Shown here in pieces: positions 49,786 through 59,391 of a stretch of 64,000 nt of DNA. Within the stretch, counting starts at the first letter, position 1. Every line of letters begins with the position of its first letter. Origin of the DNA: a bacterium (GTDB lineage Bacteria; UBA8248; JACPRG01; G963555815); contig CAUVWX020000001.1 in NCBI GenBank assembly GCA_963555815.3, forward strand, positions 288,001 to 352,000, in the 5' to 3' direction. The notes beneath the pieces were generated by a model. It had not been told where the DNA came from. It did not search any database and saw nothing but the letters and a program-made list of their open reading frames with translations. Made by a program: the position numbers and the translations under genes.

Positions 49786-50318
49786 GTACCGACCCGGGCG
49801 GGGTTCGTGTACCTGGCCATCGTGCTGCGACGTGTTCAGCCGCCGGGTGGTGGGCTGGTCCATGGCCCATTATCTTCGGTACCGATCTGGTGCTCAAGGC
49901 GCTGAACATGGCGCTGGGACAGCGCCGTCCCTATGGGGTCGTGCATCATTCGGACAGGGGATCGCAGTACACTTTGCTTGCCTTCGGCAAACGATGCCGG
50001 GAGATGAACGTGCTTCCTTCGACCGGATCGGCCGGCGACTGCTTTGACAATGCGATGGCCGAGAGCTTGTTCGCCACGCTGGAGTGCGATCTCATCGACC
50101 GGCGCTCGTTCCGTACCCAGACAGAAGCGCGCATGGCGATCTTCCAATTCATCAAGGGCTGGTACAACCCACGCCGCCGTCATTCGACCCTGGGTTACCT
50201 CAGCCCCAACGACTTCGAACGCGCCGCGGCTGAGTCAGTTCGAAAACCGGACGACGCACCAAAATCTCCGTCAAATCACTCCGTTCTTGGAGGTCTCCCA
50301 GTTGGAAGTTCCGACTAG
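49777..50318 (+). mobile_element. IS3-family transposase (rve core) fragment with frameshifts
   Basis: ITCVPTRAGFVYLA, FSRRVVGWS, HHSDRGSQY, DNAMAES and YNPRRRHSTLGYLSP spread over three frames. Confidence 0.9.
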
Positions 50319-51061
50319 AAGCTGCGTGAGATGGAACCGCCCACGATGGGGTCGGGATTGTCTGTGTCGCCGTCTACATAGGTGCGGCCTGTATAGAAGA
50401 ACTCAAGGCCGAAACCCTTAATCTTGGTGCCGATTCCCCCCAGGTACCAGTTGTAGTCGTCGGCGTTATCATTATCCGTGTAGTCGTTGATCCCGAACTC
50501 ACCCCTCAAGGTTACAGGAATGTTCTTGTACTGGCCCAGCGGCAGGTGCTGGCTCAGCGGCAGGCTGGCGTTGAGAATGTAGCGGTTCTCCGGGGTGTCC
50601 TTTAATCCGCGGGCGTAAGTGACGCCGAAGCTCGCCAAGCCTGCGTCGTAACTGAGAGTCACCTGGGGCTTCACATAACTCTCCCAGGTGTCCGTGTTGG
50701 AATCGCCGTCCACATAGTGCAAGTAGGTAATGCGGATGTCGAAGCCAATCTGATCGATGAGCTTTCCCGAGTACCCGCCGTAGTAATTGAGCTCGACGCC
50801 ACTGACATTATTCGTGCCGTCACCGGCCGAGCTTGCGGCGTTGGACCCCCAGACACCAGTATACAGCCCGGCGATGTGCGACCAGTCGAAACTGCCCATA
50901 AGCGCCGGGGCCCCGTCACTGTCGGAGGCGCCCTGAAAAGCGTAATCCGTGGTGAGCTTGACACTCCCCGAGAAGCTGGATTGCGCTTGCGCCGACGCTC
51001 CGTACACCAGACCGACGCCAACGACGAGAGCGCCGACAAAAACCTGTCTCCATTTCATCAC
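50315..51061 (-). CDS. TorF-family putative porin
   Basis: Signal peptide AQA, TDYAFQG-S-S...PAL-GSFD, GLY-GVWGSN, ELNYYGGY and terminal F. Confidence 0.82.
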   Translation of the reverse strand: MMKWRQVFVGALVVGVGLVYGASAQAQSSFSGSVKLTTDYAFQGASDSDGAPALMGSFDWSHIAGLYTGVWGSNAASSAGDGTNNVSGVELNYYGGYSGKLIDQIGFDIRITYLHYVDGDSNTDTWESYVKPQVTLSYDAGLASFGVTYARGLKDTPENRYILNASLPLSQHLPLGQYKNIPVTLRGEFGINDYTDNDNADDYNWYLGGIGTKIKGFGLEFFYTGRTYVDGDTDNPDPIVGGSISRSF

Positions 51062-51493
51062 GATCCTCCTTACTTTTTGTTGACCGAGTGTTCACCAAAT
51101 TTCACAGCGAGTGGCCCGGACTTGAAACAGCCCTCATTGCCTAGGTGAGCCGTCAATTCTTCTACGATGTCGACTATCCGGCCAGAAATATATCCAAAAC
51201 AAGAGGAATAATGTCAATAAAAATATTCCAAACTTTATTCCCCTACCGGCCTATTTCCTTTTTCCATAGGGCCTTTGCGGCCTTTCCAGCAATTTTTTTC
51301 CGCTTCTTCCCACTCAATTTCTTGGCTCTAGCCTTACCCCTTTTTTTTCCTCCCAAGCGGCCAAAAGCTACAGCATGAGGATTCTTATCCCTCATCCTCT
51401 GGCCGCACCTCCTCTGGCTCGCCTTCTGTGGCCGTTTGGACTATGTTGGAGACTAGCAGGTTGCGGTCGGCGTGGGCGGTTTTTGGTAGTGTC

Positions 51494-52378
51494 TCAGTTT
51501 GAATTTATTTTTTTGTAGGGCCCACGTTTTTTCGGTGCCGGTTTCCTGGCATCAATCAGATTCAGCACGTCTTCCAATTCCCACACCCGATCAGTCAATC
51601 CCGCTTGCATGGCCGGAGTCACCCGCAAGGTCTTGTGAATCTTCACGAAATTGTAGAAGACAAAATACAAGGCCAGCGCGTGACAATGGTTGTCGATCTT
51701 CTTGGAAAAGGCGTTCGTCAAACGGGTGAACCGTCGCAGGCTCATCCTCATGGTGAGGTTATGCCGTTCCACATGAGACGTAGAGATATGCTGCTTGTCG
51801 GGATTGCCCTGAACCACTTGTTTTCGTGCGCCATTACAGACGAACGGGCTATACTTCCGTTCCTGTCCTGGTTCAGAAGACTCGCCGTAGAGTTTCACCA
51901 GTTGCGCATAATCAATGTTGTTGCCGAAGGCATCTTCCACGGCTTCAAGGTAGGCCCTGTGTCCGTCCGTCGTGAGTTGGACGCGGGTCGCCAGCCGTGA
52001 TTCCAAATCTCTCATAAACTCCGTGGCATAGCCAGCATCCCGATCACCCACCATCCATGACAGCATCAACCTGGAATTACTCTCAAGGGCCGTCCACGTC
52101 CACACGTCACCGGCTTGCTCAGGAGCTGCCTGGGCTGCCCTCACGTTCTTTTGCTTGGCATAGCAGAAACTCCAGATCTCATCACATTGCACTTTGGAAG
52201 CATGAACATTCCGAACCTTTTCATCGTGGAAGGCTTCGCAAGCGTGACCGGCTTCCACCAAGAGTTTCGTCACCGTGTTGATGCTCACGCCTACGATGCG
52301 AGAAATCGTCCGCATACTGGAGCCTTCGACCAACATGTTGAGAATCTGAATGCGCTTGGTGTTTGGTAACGTGTTCAT
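51494..52378 (-). CDS. IS1-family DDE transposase (single ORF)
   Basis: N-terminal [28 protein letters not shown] and [13 protein letters not shown]. Stop codon lies inside the TIR. Confidence 0.92.
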   Translation of the reverse strand: MNTLPNTKRIQILNMLVEGSSMRTISRIVGVSINTVTKLLVEAGHACEAFHDEKVRNVHASKVQCDEIWSFCYAKQKNVRAAQAAPEQAGDVWTWTALESNSRLMLSWMVGDRDAGYATEFMRDLESRLATRVQLTTDGHRAYLEAVEDAFGNNIDYAQLVKLYGESSEPGQERKYSPFVCNGARKQVVQGNPDKQHISTSHVERHNLTMRMSLRRFTRLTNAFSKKIDNHCHALALYFVFYNFVKIHKTLRVTPAMQAGLTDRVWELEDVLNLIDARKPAPKKRGPYKKINSN

Positions 52379-52524
52379 GCTGATTACTATATGATATTAA
52401 TGCTTTAGTGTCAAGCAATTATTTCATATATAGAATGTTATTGACTTCGGCTATGCTGAAAGTAGAGCATAGGTTACTCATTTACGTAGGTGTAACAGTG
52501 CTAATTTGATGAAAGTAAAATTTT

Positions 52525-52872
52525 ATGGCGAAAGAGATTCCAGAAAAATTTGACTTCCACTTCGTTAAGTCAAACAGCTTCCGGGTAGTGCATTGCGATG
52601 GTGTGTGGGGAGGGACAACTCCTCGCGGCTATATAACGATGAGCGTCTATTCGGAACGGTCTCCACTTCCCCAGAAAACTACGCACCAAGTGCTGGATCA
52701 TGGACGGATCGGCCAAGAAACAGGCAAAGAGGGCAAGGAAGGGATAATTCGTGAGGTTGACGTTAAAGTTATCATGGATTTAAGCATGGCGCAAGGTCTG
52801 GTCACATGGTTGGAAGGGCATATAAAATTTCTTAAAGAACGACTAAAAGCTCAGCAAGGGAGCGGCCAATAG
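52525..52872 (+). CDS. Passenger hypothetical protein
   Basis: FRVVHCDGVWGGTTPRG...YSER-P-P pattern. First gene of a coupled three-gene unit. Confidence 0.75.
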   Translation: MAKEIPEKFDFHFVKSNSFRVVHCDGVWGGTTPRGYITMSVYSERSPLPQKTTHQVLDHGRIGQETGKEGKEGIIREVDVKVIMDLSMAQGLVTWLEGHIKFLKERLKAQQGSGQ

Positions 52873-53342
52873 TGTTTACACTAACCAATGTTTCTTCTTC
52901 ACCAAGTGAAGGCTTGATGCCAATCAAGAGAGGCGATGATTCAGGGCCGAGACCATTCTCGTCGGTTTGCAACCGTCACACATCGGTTCAGGCACCGGAA
53001 GGCGCTAGCTTTTTCATTCTGTATCTCGTTAATTCTCCCCTGACAGCACGTTACTATATTGATGATGTTACGGTTCATATTACTGAATTGCCAGATGCGA
53101 CGCATTCTCTTCTAAAACCGATCCCTATACGGTTGAAACCTGTGGGAGAAGTGGAGTGGATGGCCAGCTTTGACGAAGCCAACATCGCCATGACTGGTAA
53201 CACACCGGAGGAGGCCAAGGAGTTTCTATCTTACAATATCATCGATGCCGTGGAATTATTTCATGCTAAAGAAGAAGCCTTGATACCCGATCTTAAGCAG
53301 ACTTTAGTGGTACTTCGTCAGTATATAGAGATCTCTGAGTGA
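52872..53342 (+). CDS. HicB-like passenger protein
   Basis: WMASFDEANIAMTGNTPEEAKEFL resembles the HicB partial RNase H fold (G-T-EEA). Confidence 0.6.
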   Translation: MFTLTNVSSSPSEGLMPIKRGDDSGPRPFSSVCNRHTSVQAPEGASFFILYLVNSPLTARYYIDDVTVHITELPDATHSLLKPIPIRLKPVGEVEWMASFDEANIAMTGNTPEEAKEFLSYNIIDAVELFHAKEEALIPDLKQTLVVLRQYIEISE

Positions 53343-53644
53343 AGTCCCTTACACAGGATGACGCCCATGCGATTGCCCATAAACTAGAAGCAACGATCGA
53401 AAGGAGAAGCAAGCATGATTGGGCTATTGTCGAGTATATGGGCCGAGTTGTTGCACAGTATGGAATCAGGCGAGCTAGCCGAGAAAAGAATCACGATCAT
53501 ATTCCCGGACAACTAAATATCTCGAGATTAGAAGCAAGAGGGCTTGCCGACTGTCCATTTAGCAAAGATGATTATTTTACGGCTCTACGCAGTAGAGGGA
53601 AGATTCCCATGGAAGGGGAAAACGGAACAAATAAAGAAAGTTGA
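53339..53644 (+). CDS. HicA-like passenger protein (putative toxin)
   Basis: Small, basic, with SKH in the position of the HicA GSH motif and a C-terminal QL...CP...Y. GTGA overlap with the upstream gene. Confidence 0.5.
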   Translation: MKSLTQDDAHAIAHKLEATIERRSKHDWAIVEYMGRVVAQYGIRRASREKNHDHIPGQLNISRLEARGLADCPFSKDDYFTALRSRGKIPMEGENGTNKES

Positions 53645-53653
53645 AGTGTGGTA

Positions 53654-53884
53654 TTAGGAATATGCTCGCCACCGAGCCTGTGCAGCCCGCCTAGCAATCT
53701 CTCGCCGTTGTTCTGCTGTCAACCGTTGCGCTCGCACCGCCCCGCCTTTTAGCCCGCCCTTCTGGGCATACTCCTTCCCGGCCATCGTTTCGTCGTCAAC
53801 CTCACCCGTCGCAATCTTAGCCACCTTGATCGCGGCTCCAATCACGTCACCAGGCCGTTTCTGTCCTGACGGTCCTTTAGGCAT
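53654..53884 (-). CDS. Small basic IS-associated protein (KGG-type motif)
   Basis: GQKRP-DVIGAA...IATGE and GG-KGG--RA--LT-EQR-EIA--AA-ARW. Confidence 0.8.
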   Translation of the reverse strand: MPKGPSGQKRPGDVIGAAIKVAKIATGEVDDETMAGKEYAQKGGLKGGAVRAQRLTAEQRREIARRAAQARWRAYS

Positions 53885-54047
53885 ACGGGAAGCTTAACAC
53901 AACGCGAGGAGAAAAGAGAGAGCCTGCAAATTCAAACTGAGACACTACCCAATTTTTACTTAACCACTTTAGCATACCCTAAATACAGCATACCAAAGAC
54001 GGGATTGCAGGGGCAACCCCTTAGCCAGAAAAAATCAAACTGACCCA

Positions 54048-54230
54048 CTACAGAATGGTGTTGTCACTTGACGCCGAGGCGAGGAGGCGGCCGTCGGGCG
54101 AGAAGGCGAGGGACATGACCTCGTTGCCATGCCCCTCAAGAATCCGAACTTCTTGGGAGAGGGCAAGAGACGCAAAAAGGGTGGAAAGAGAAACAATCAG
54201 GGCCTGAAGGCGAAAATGGCGCACGGACAT
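54048..54230 (-). pseudogene. Truncated paralog of the WD40 gene (signal peptide plus one repeat)
   Basis: MSVRHFRLQALIVSLS...QEVRILEGH...FSPDGRLLAS matches the N-terminus of 41778..42749. Confidence 0.88.
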
Positions 54231-54321
54231 CTTTTGCTCCGTTGGCCTGATTATATCCGAAAGGCGCCTCTCAGGCTTTTTTTCCTTGGTTTGGGGGGGT
54301 ACGAGTAATTGAAAAGAAGGG

Positions 54322-54393
<72 letters not shown>

Positions 54394-54509
54394 CTTCACA
54401 TAAAATCCTTATGATGTTCCAAATCAAGCCTTTCGGGGCCCCTTCGCACTTCGATGTTCATTAACATGACCGGGCTTCCAGGTCAACCGGGAAAGGGGAT
54501 CCCTATCCA

Positions 54510-55697
54510 TCAGATGGCGCCCTCCGCCCTCAACTTTTCGATCCTGGCCGGGTCGTAACCAAGAAGCCCCTGGAGGACTTCCTGCGTATGCTCCCCCAGG
54601 ACTGGGGGAGGTGTCCGGATCTCAGCGGGGGTATCCGTGAATTTCACGGGGAGGCCCACGAGGCGGATCCGACCGGCCCTGGGGTGGTCGATTTCTTCGA
54701 CCATCTTCCGGTGGAGGACCTGGGGGTCCTGAAAGACCCGGTCGAGGGTATTGACGGGGCCGCAGGGGACCCCGGCCGAAGAGAGGATCTGGAACCACTC
54801 CGCCGCTGTCTTTGTCTTCAGCCTCTCTTGGAGGATCTCCTCCAAAGCGTCTCGGTGCTTCACCCGGTCGGGATTGGTCTTAAAGCGAGTGTCCTCGGCC
54901 AACTCGGGAATGTCCAGGACGTTGCAGAGCTTTCGGAAAAGCTCGTCATTTCCCGCCCCGACCGTGACATAGATATCTTTGGCCTTGAAAGCCTGATAGG
55001 GAACGATGGAGGGGTGGTGGCTTCCCGCGCGTTGGGGGATTATCCCGGCCAGGAGGTAGTTGCTCGCTTGATTGATGAGGACAGAGACCTGGGTCTCGAG
55101 GAGGGAGAGGTCGATCCTTTGTCCCTTCCCCGTCTTCTCTCTGGCATAGAGGGCCGCCGAGATGGCCCCCTGGGCCATGATCCCGGTCGACACGTCGGTG
55201 ACAGCGACGCCCACCTTGCAGGGCGGTCGGTCTTTCTCGCCCGTGATGCCCATGAGCCCGCCCAGGGCCGAGATAATGACGTCGTAGCCGGGATAATTCC
55301 GATAAGGCCCTGTCGGTCCGAAGGCGGAGATGGAGCAGTAGATGAGGCGGGGGTTCATGGCCGAAAGGGCCTGATACCCCAGCCCGAGTCTTTCCAGGGT
55401 GTCTGGCCTGAAATTCTCGACAAAGACATCTGAGCGCCTGGCCAATTCCAGGGCGATCTTTAGCCCCTCCGGATGCTTGAGGTTCAGACTGAGGCTCTTT
55501 TTGTTCCGGTTAAGGCTGAGGAAATAGGCACTCTCCCCTTCGATGAAGGGGGGCCCCCACTGGCGGGTGTCATCTCCCCGTTCCGGACGCTCCACCTTGA
55601 TGACCTCCGCCCCCAGGTCTCCAAGGAGCATGGTGCAGTAAGGGCCGGTCGCCGCCTGGGATAGGTCCAGGACGCGGATGCCTTCAAGCGGTCCCAA
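54510..55697 (-). CDS. CaiB/BaiF family III CoA-transferase
   Basis: PLEGIRVLDL, LGAEVIKVERP--GDDTR, NRNKKS, ENFRP and GYD motifs. Confidence 0.95.
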   Translation of the reverse strand: MGPLEGIRVLDLSQAATGPYCTMLLGDLGAEVIKVERPERGDDTRQWGPPFIEGESAYFLSLNRNKKSLSLNLKHPEGLKIALELARRSDVFVENFRPDTLERLGLGYQALSAMNPRLIYCSISAFGPTGPYRNYPGYDVIISALGGLMGITGEKDRPPCKVGVAVTDVSTGIMAQGAISAALYAREKTGKGQRIDLSLLETQVSVLINQASNYLLAGIIPQRAGSHHPSIVPYQAFKAKDIYVTVGAGNDELFRKLCNVLDIPELAEDTRFKTNPDRVKHRDALEEILQERLKTKTAAEWFQILSSAGVPCGPVNTLDRVFQDPQVLHRKMVEEIDHPRAGRIRLVGLPVKFTDTPAEIRTPPPVLGEHTQEVLQGLLGYDPARIEKLRAEGAI

Positions 55698-56042
55698 CGG
55701 CCCTCCTTGCCGGATAGGGGACTATGCCCGGCAGATGTGCAAGGCTGGACGGCTACGTTCTGAATCCAAAGCGACCTCCTCTCCGGGGGGTTAGACCAGG
55801 ACTCCCATGCTACCAGGGAAATCGTCGATGATTAAAGCCCTAAGAGAAGATCTTGGGCTTCGGGTCCTCATCGCCCAGAACGTCAGCGAGAAGAAACTGG
55901 CCGACAAGAGGAGCCTCGGCTATCATGTCCCCCTGGCCCAGACCCCGGGGGGTTCTCGAACATAGGAATTTGTCGCCCTCGAGAAAGTGGTCGAAGTCGC
56001 CCGAACTGACGCTCTTGGACCCATGTCGCCGGAGGACGTTCC

Positions 56043-57164
56043 ATGACCCAAGAGGGCTCGATTCGCCGTCTCCTTCGAGAAGGCATCGCCGACCTCCCCG
56101 CCGTCGCCCCCTTCACGGACCCCAGGGAGGTGGCCGAGCGCTCGCACCAGGAGGTGGTACGCATAGGGGCCAACGAAAATCCCCTCGCCCCCTCCCCCCG
56201 GGCCGTGGAAGCAGCGAAACAGGCCCTCCTTGAGCCTAACCGGTACCCCGACCCCCTGAGTCTTGAGCTCCGAAAGGCCGTTGGAGAACGTTTCGGTCTT
56301 TCTTCGGAACACGTCCTTGTCGGAAACGGGGGAGACGAGGTGATCTCGGTCCTCGCGAGGACTTTCCTGAACGAAGGGGATGAAGTTCTCATCCCCTGGC
56401 CTGCTTTTGGGACCTATGTCGTCACCGCCCGCGTGATGGGGGCGAAACTCATCCTGAGCCCTCTCAAGGATTACGCAATTGACCCAGAGGATATGTTGAA
56501 GAAGGTCTCGAAGAGGACGAAACTCATCTACCTCTGTAATCCTCATAACCCCAGCGGGACTCTCCTATCACCGGCCTCCTTTGAGCGGATCCTCCAGGCC
56601 CTTCCCGAAAGGGTCATCCTGTTCTCGGACGAGGCCTACTGGGATTTTGTCGAGGAGGACAAAGATTACCCTGACACACTAGGCCATCTGGCCAAAAGCA
56701 AGACACCCCATCTCGTCATCCTCAGGACCTTCTCAAAGGTCTATGGCCTCGCGGGGATTCGGGTGGGATACCTCCTGGCCCCTCCGCCGATGGTGTCCTA
56801 CATGCTGCGGGCAAAGGAGTTTTTCAATGTAAACCGGGCGGCCCAGGCGGCGGCGCTGGCTGCCCTGAAGGATGAGGATCACTACCGCAGAAGCCGCTCC
56901 TTCATCATTGAGGAGCGCCGTTTCCTGGAGAGGGAGCTTTCAGCCCTTAAAATTCCTTTCGTCCCGTCTCAGGCGAACTTCATCCTGCTCATCCTGGGAC
57001 AGAAGGCCCCCTTGGTCTTTGAGGGGTTTCTGGACCGGGGGATCATCGCCCGGGAGGGCTCTGGCTTTGAGATCCCTGAGACGGTCCGGATCTCGGTGGG
57101 GAGCAGGGAGGACAACGAACGGGTCCTGGGCGCCCTCCGGGGTCTCTGGGATAATAAAGGCTGA
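56043..57164 (+). CDS. hisC: Histidinol-phosphate aminotransferase
   Basis: NENP, RYPD, GNGGDE, NPHNPSG, DEAY and RTFSKVYGLAG-RVGY motifs. Confidence 0.92.
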   Translation: MTQEGSIRRLLREGIADLPAVAPFTDPREVAERSHQEVVRIGANENPLAPSPRAVEAAKQALLEPNRYPDPLSLELRKAVGERFGLSSEHVLVGNGGDEVISVLARTFLNEGDEVLIPWPAFGTYVVTARVMGAKLILSPLKDYAIDPEDMLKKVSKRTKLIYLCNPHNPSGTLLSPASFERILQALPERVILFSDEAYWDFVEEDKDYPDTLGHLAKSKTPHLVILRTFSKVYGLAGIRVGYLLAPPPMVSYMLRAKEFFNVNRAAQAAALAALKDEDHYRRSRSFIIEERRFLERELSALKIPFVPSQANFILLILGQKAPLVFEGFLDRGIIAREGSGFEIPETVRISVGSREDNERVLGALRGLWDNKG

Positions 57165-57405
57165 GGAAACGCGAAAAGTTTTCAGGGGGCTGTGACTGCC
57201 ACATTGACGACCGATGCGCCACATCGGCGGCCGATGAGGAGACTACAGGAGGACCTTCAAAACAGCGGGCAAAAACACTGCTGCTCGTGTAAAATACGTA
57301 TTATCAATATGTTAAAAGTTACAGGTGGTTCCGGTGGACCAGGTGGCTAGCCCCAGGAACCCCTATCCGGAGAAAGTAGCCACCCTGAAACCCTCAGAAA
57401 GGGTA

Positions 57406-57434
57406 TTGACAAGAGAGGGAAAAGGGGTTATTTT
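57406..57434 (+). promoter_or_regulatory. Sigma70-type promoter of the sigma factor gene
   Basis: TTGACA-N17-TATTTT. Confidence 0.55.
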
Positions 57435-57625
57435 TAAAATGGTTAGCAGGGGGGGGGGATAGACCCCAACGCGCCCCACCCGGGGAATGGAAAAGGGTCA
57501 CAAGCCCTTGACCTGGATGGTGAGCAGGGTGTCAATCGGAGAGATTGAGCCCTGCTTATTGTTTTGGCCTTTATTAGGGCACATCAGCCAGGAAAGAGGG
57601 GGCGTGCCGAGCACAAGAGGTAAAG

Positions 57626-58474
57626 ATGGCGAACACTGCTCAGGTTCACACCGCATCTTCTGATGCCTTGAGTGCTTATCTCTCGGCGGTCCGGAACCTC
57701 CCGGTCCTCAGCCGCGAGGAGGAGCTTAAGGTCATTCGAAGGGCGCGGCGTGGGGATCACAAAGCCTGGGAGCAGTTTATCCGGTGCAACCTTCGTTACG
57801 TGGTGAGCGTGTCCAATCGGTACAAGGGCTGCGGGGTGCCGCTCTCCGACCTCATCCACGAGGGCAACATCGGTCTCATCGAGGCGGCTCGCCGTTTTGA
57901 CCCTAAGCGGGGGGTTCGATTCATCACGTATGCCGTGTGGTGGATTCGGCAGGCCATCGTCCACGCCCTGGCCTCTCAAGGGGGGGCCGTCCACCTCTCG
58001 GTCAAGCAGGCCCAAAAACGCCTCAAGGTCCGGGAGAAGATCCGCCAGCTCGAGCAGAGCACTGGCGGCCAGACCAGCATTCTGGCTGTGGCCGAGGCCC
58101 TCGATGAGATGCCAGAGGAGGTAGCCCTCCTGAGGGCCGCCCGAGAGCCATACTCCCTGGACAGCCCTCTGGGTGCAGAGGAAGGCCTGAGTCACCTCGA
58201 GCGCCTCACGGACAGTCAGGAAAATCCTGCCGAGGACCGCCTGAACCGGACGGCCGTCTCACGCCAGATGGAGTTGGCGCTCTCTCGGCTACCCAAGCGC
58301 GAGGCCGAAATCCTCAAGATGCGATATGGCTTCTCCGGGGACCCCATGACGCTTCAGGAGATTGGTGATAAGATGAGTCTCTCCCGGGAGCGCATCCGCC
58401 AGCTGGAGAAGCAGGCGCTTCGTCGCCTGAAGGGCCAGGGGCGGTTGGTCAGCCTTCGTAACGTCCTCAACTGA
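57626..58474 (+). CDS. Alternative sigma70-family factor (RpoS/RpoH-like, no region 1.1)
   Basis: NLRYVV, DLIHEGNIGL, FDP-RG-RFITYAVWWIRQAI and SRERIRQLE motifs. Confidence 0.93.
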   Translation: MANTAQVHTASSDALSAYLSAVRNLPVLSREEELKVIRRARRGDHKAWEQFIRCNLRYVVSVSNRYKGCGVPLSDLIHEGNIGLIEAARRFDPKRGVRFITYAVWWIRQAIVHALASQGGAVHLSVKQAQKRLKVREKIRQLEQSTGGQTSILAVAEALDEMPEEVALLRAAREPYSLDSPLGAEEGLSHLERLTDSQENPAEDRLNRTAVSRQMELALSRLPKREAEILKMRYGFSGDPMTLQEIGDKMSLSRERIRQLEKQALRRLKGQGRLVSLRNVLN

Positions 58475-58584
58475 GGGACATTTTTCCCCTTCGTGAACAC
58501 CGGGAAGGGCCTAAGGAAGCACTGCTGGGGCCTGGGCCCTTCCCTTCCACCTTCCACTCGGATAACGCCAGAGGGTGTGCTACC

Positions 58585-59226
58585 TTGAGCGGGCCAAGGC
58601 GCGCCGTCCTGGACATCGAAATTCACCTCCCAAGCCTCGAAGGGAAGTTTCACTGGCAAGAGCTCTTCGGAAACGGGGGGCCGGTGGAGATCGAGATCGG
58701 CTTCGGAAAGGGCCGGTTTCTCATCCAGGCCGCCGAGCGCTTTTGCGACGTGAACTACCTCGGGATCGACCGGGCCCGGCGCTACCTTCGAATTGCAAAA
58801 GAACGGCTGGAAAAGCGGGGCCTCACGAACGTTCACCTCGTCAAGAGCGACGCGCCCTACGCTATCCGAGAGTACATCCCCTCCAACTCTGTTCGGGCCT
58901 TCCACACCTATTTTCCTGACCCGTGGTGGAAAAAACGCCACCTCAAGCGGCGGATCTTCGACCCCTTCTTCGCCACTGAGCTGGCAAGAACTCTTCAGCC
59001 GGGCGGAAAACTCTATGTGGCCTCAGACGTGGTGGCCTACTTTGAGCTCATCCAGGAATGCCTGGCCCAGAACACATCTTTCATCTCCCTTCCCCACCCG
59101 TCTGATCTTATGGACGAGGCTGGCTACACCCCTTCCAATTTCGAGGTGAAGATCGCTCGGGCCGGACACACGATCCATCGGGCCGTCCATCAGAAACCCC
59201 TGAAAGCTTCCGGCCAAAAGCCTTGA
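58585..59226 (+). CDS. trmB: tRNA (guanine-N7)-methyltransferase
   Basis: EIGFGKG, FPDPWWKKRH-KRR and NFE-K motifs. Confidence 0.93.
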   Translation: MSGPRRAVLDIEIHLPSLEGKFHWQELFGNGGPVEIEIGFGKGRFLIQAAERFCDVNYLGIDRARRYLRIAKERLEKRGLTNVHLVKSDAPYAIREYIPSNSVRAFHTYFPDPWWKKRHLKRRIFDPFFATELARTLQPGGKLYVASDVVAYFELIQECLAQNTSFISLPHPSDLMDEAGYTPSNFEVKIARAGHTIHRAVHQKPLKASGQKP

Positions 59227-59391
59227 GGGACTCCTTCGCATCAGGGCAAATTCCCCCTCCCCCGCTGTCCGGCAGGCTGCCGTAGAAAACCCTCGTTCAG
59301 TCTTCAGAAATATTCAGAGAATGGGTTCGGATGTAAGGGAAAAGCTGGACGGAGAGCTAGATATACCGGTAGCGAAGGCGCACCTCAGCCT

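Larger units (their letters stand above)
51485..53949. mobile_element. IS1-family element with passenger genes, 2465 bp
   Basis: Perfect 22-bp TIRs: GGTAGTGTCTCAGTTTGAATTT (51485-51506) and AAATTCAAACTGAGACACTACC (53928-53949). Contains a transposase and four further ORFs. Confidence 0.92.

Noticed and set aside
41778..54230. Diversity-generating retroelement (template/variable repeat pair) from the WD40 duplication
   Set aside because: There is no reverse transcriptase in the window, the differences between the copies are not adenine-specific, and the duplicated part is the N-terminus.
55828..56046. Short interrupted ORF upstream of hisC (MIKALREDLGLRVLIAQ...)
   Set aside because: It may be a gene remnant, but it is too short and degenerate to assign.
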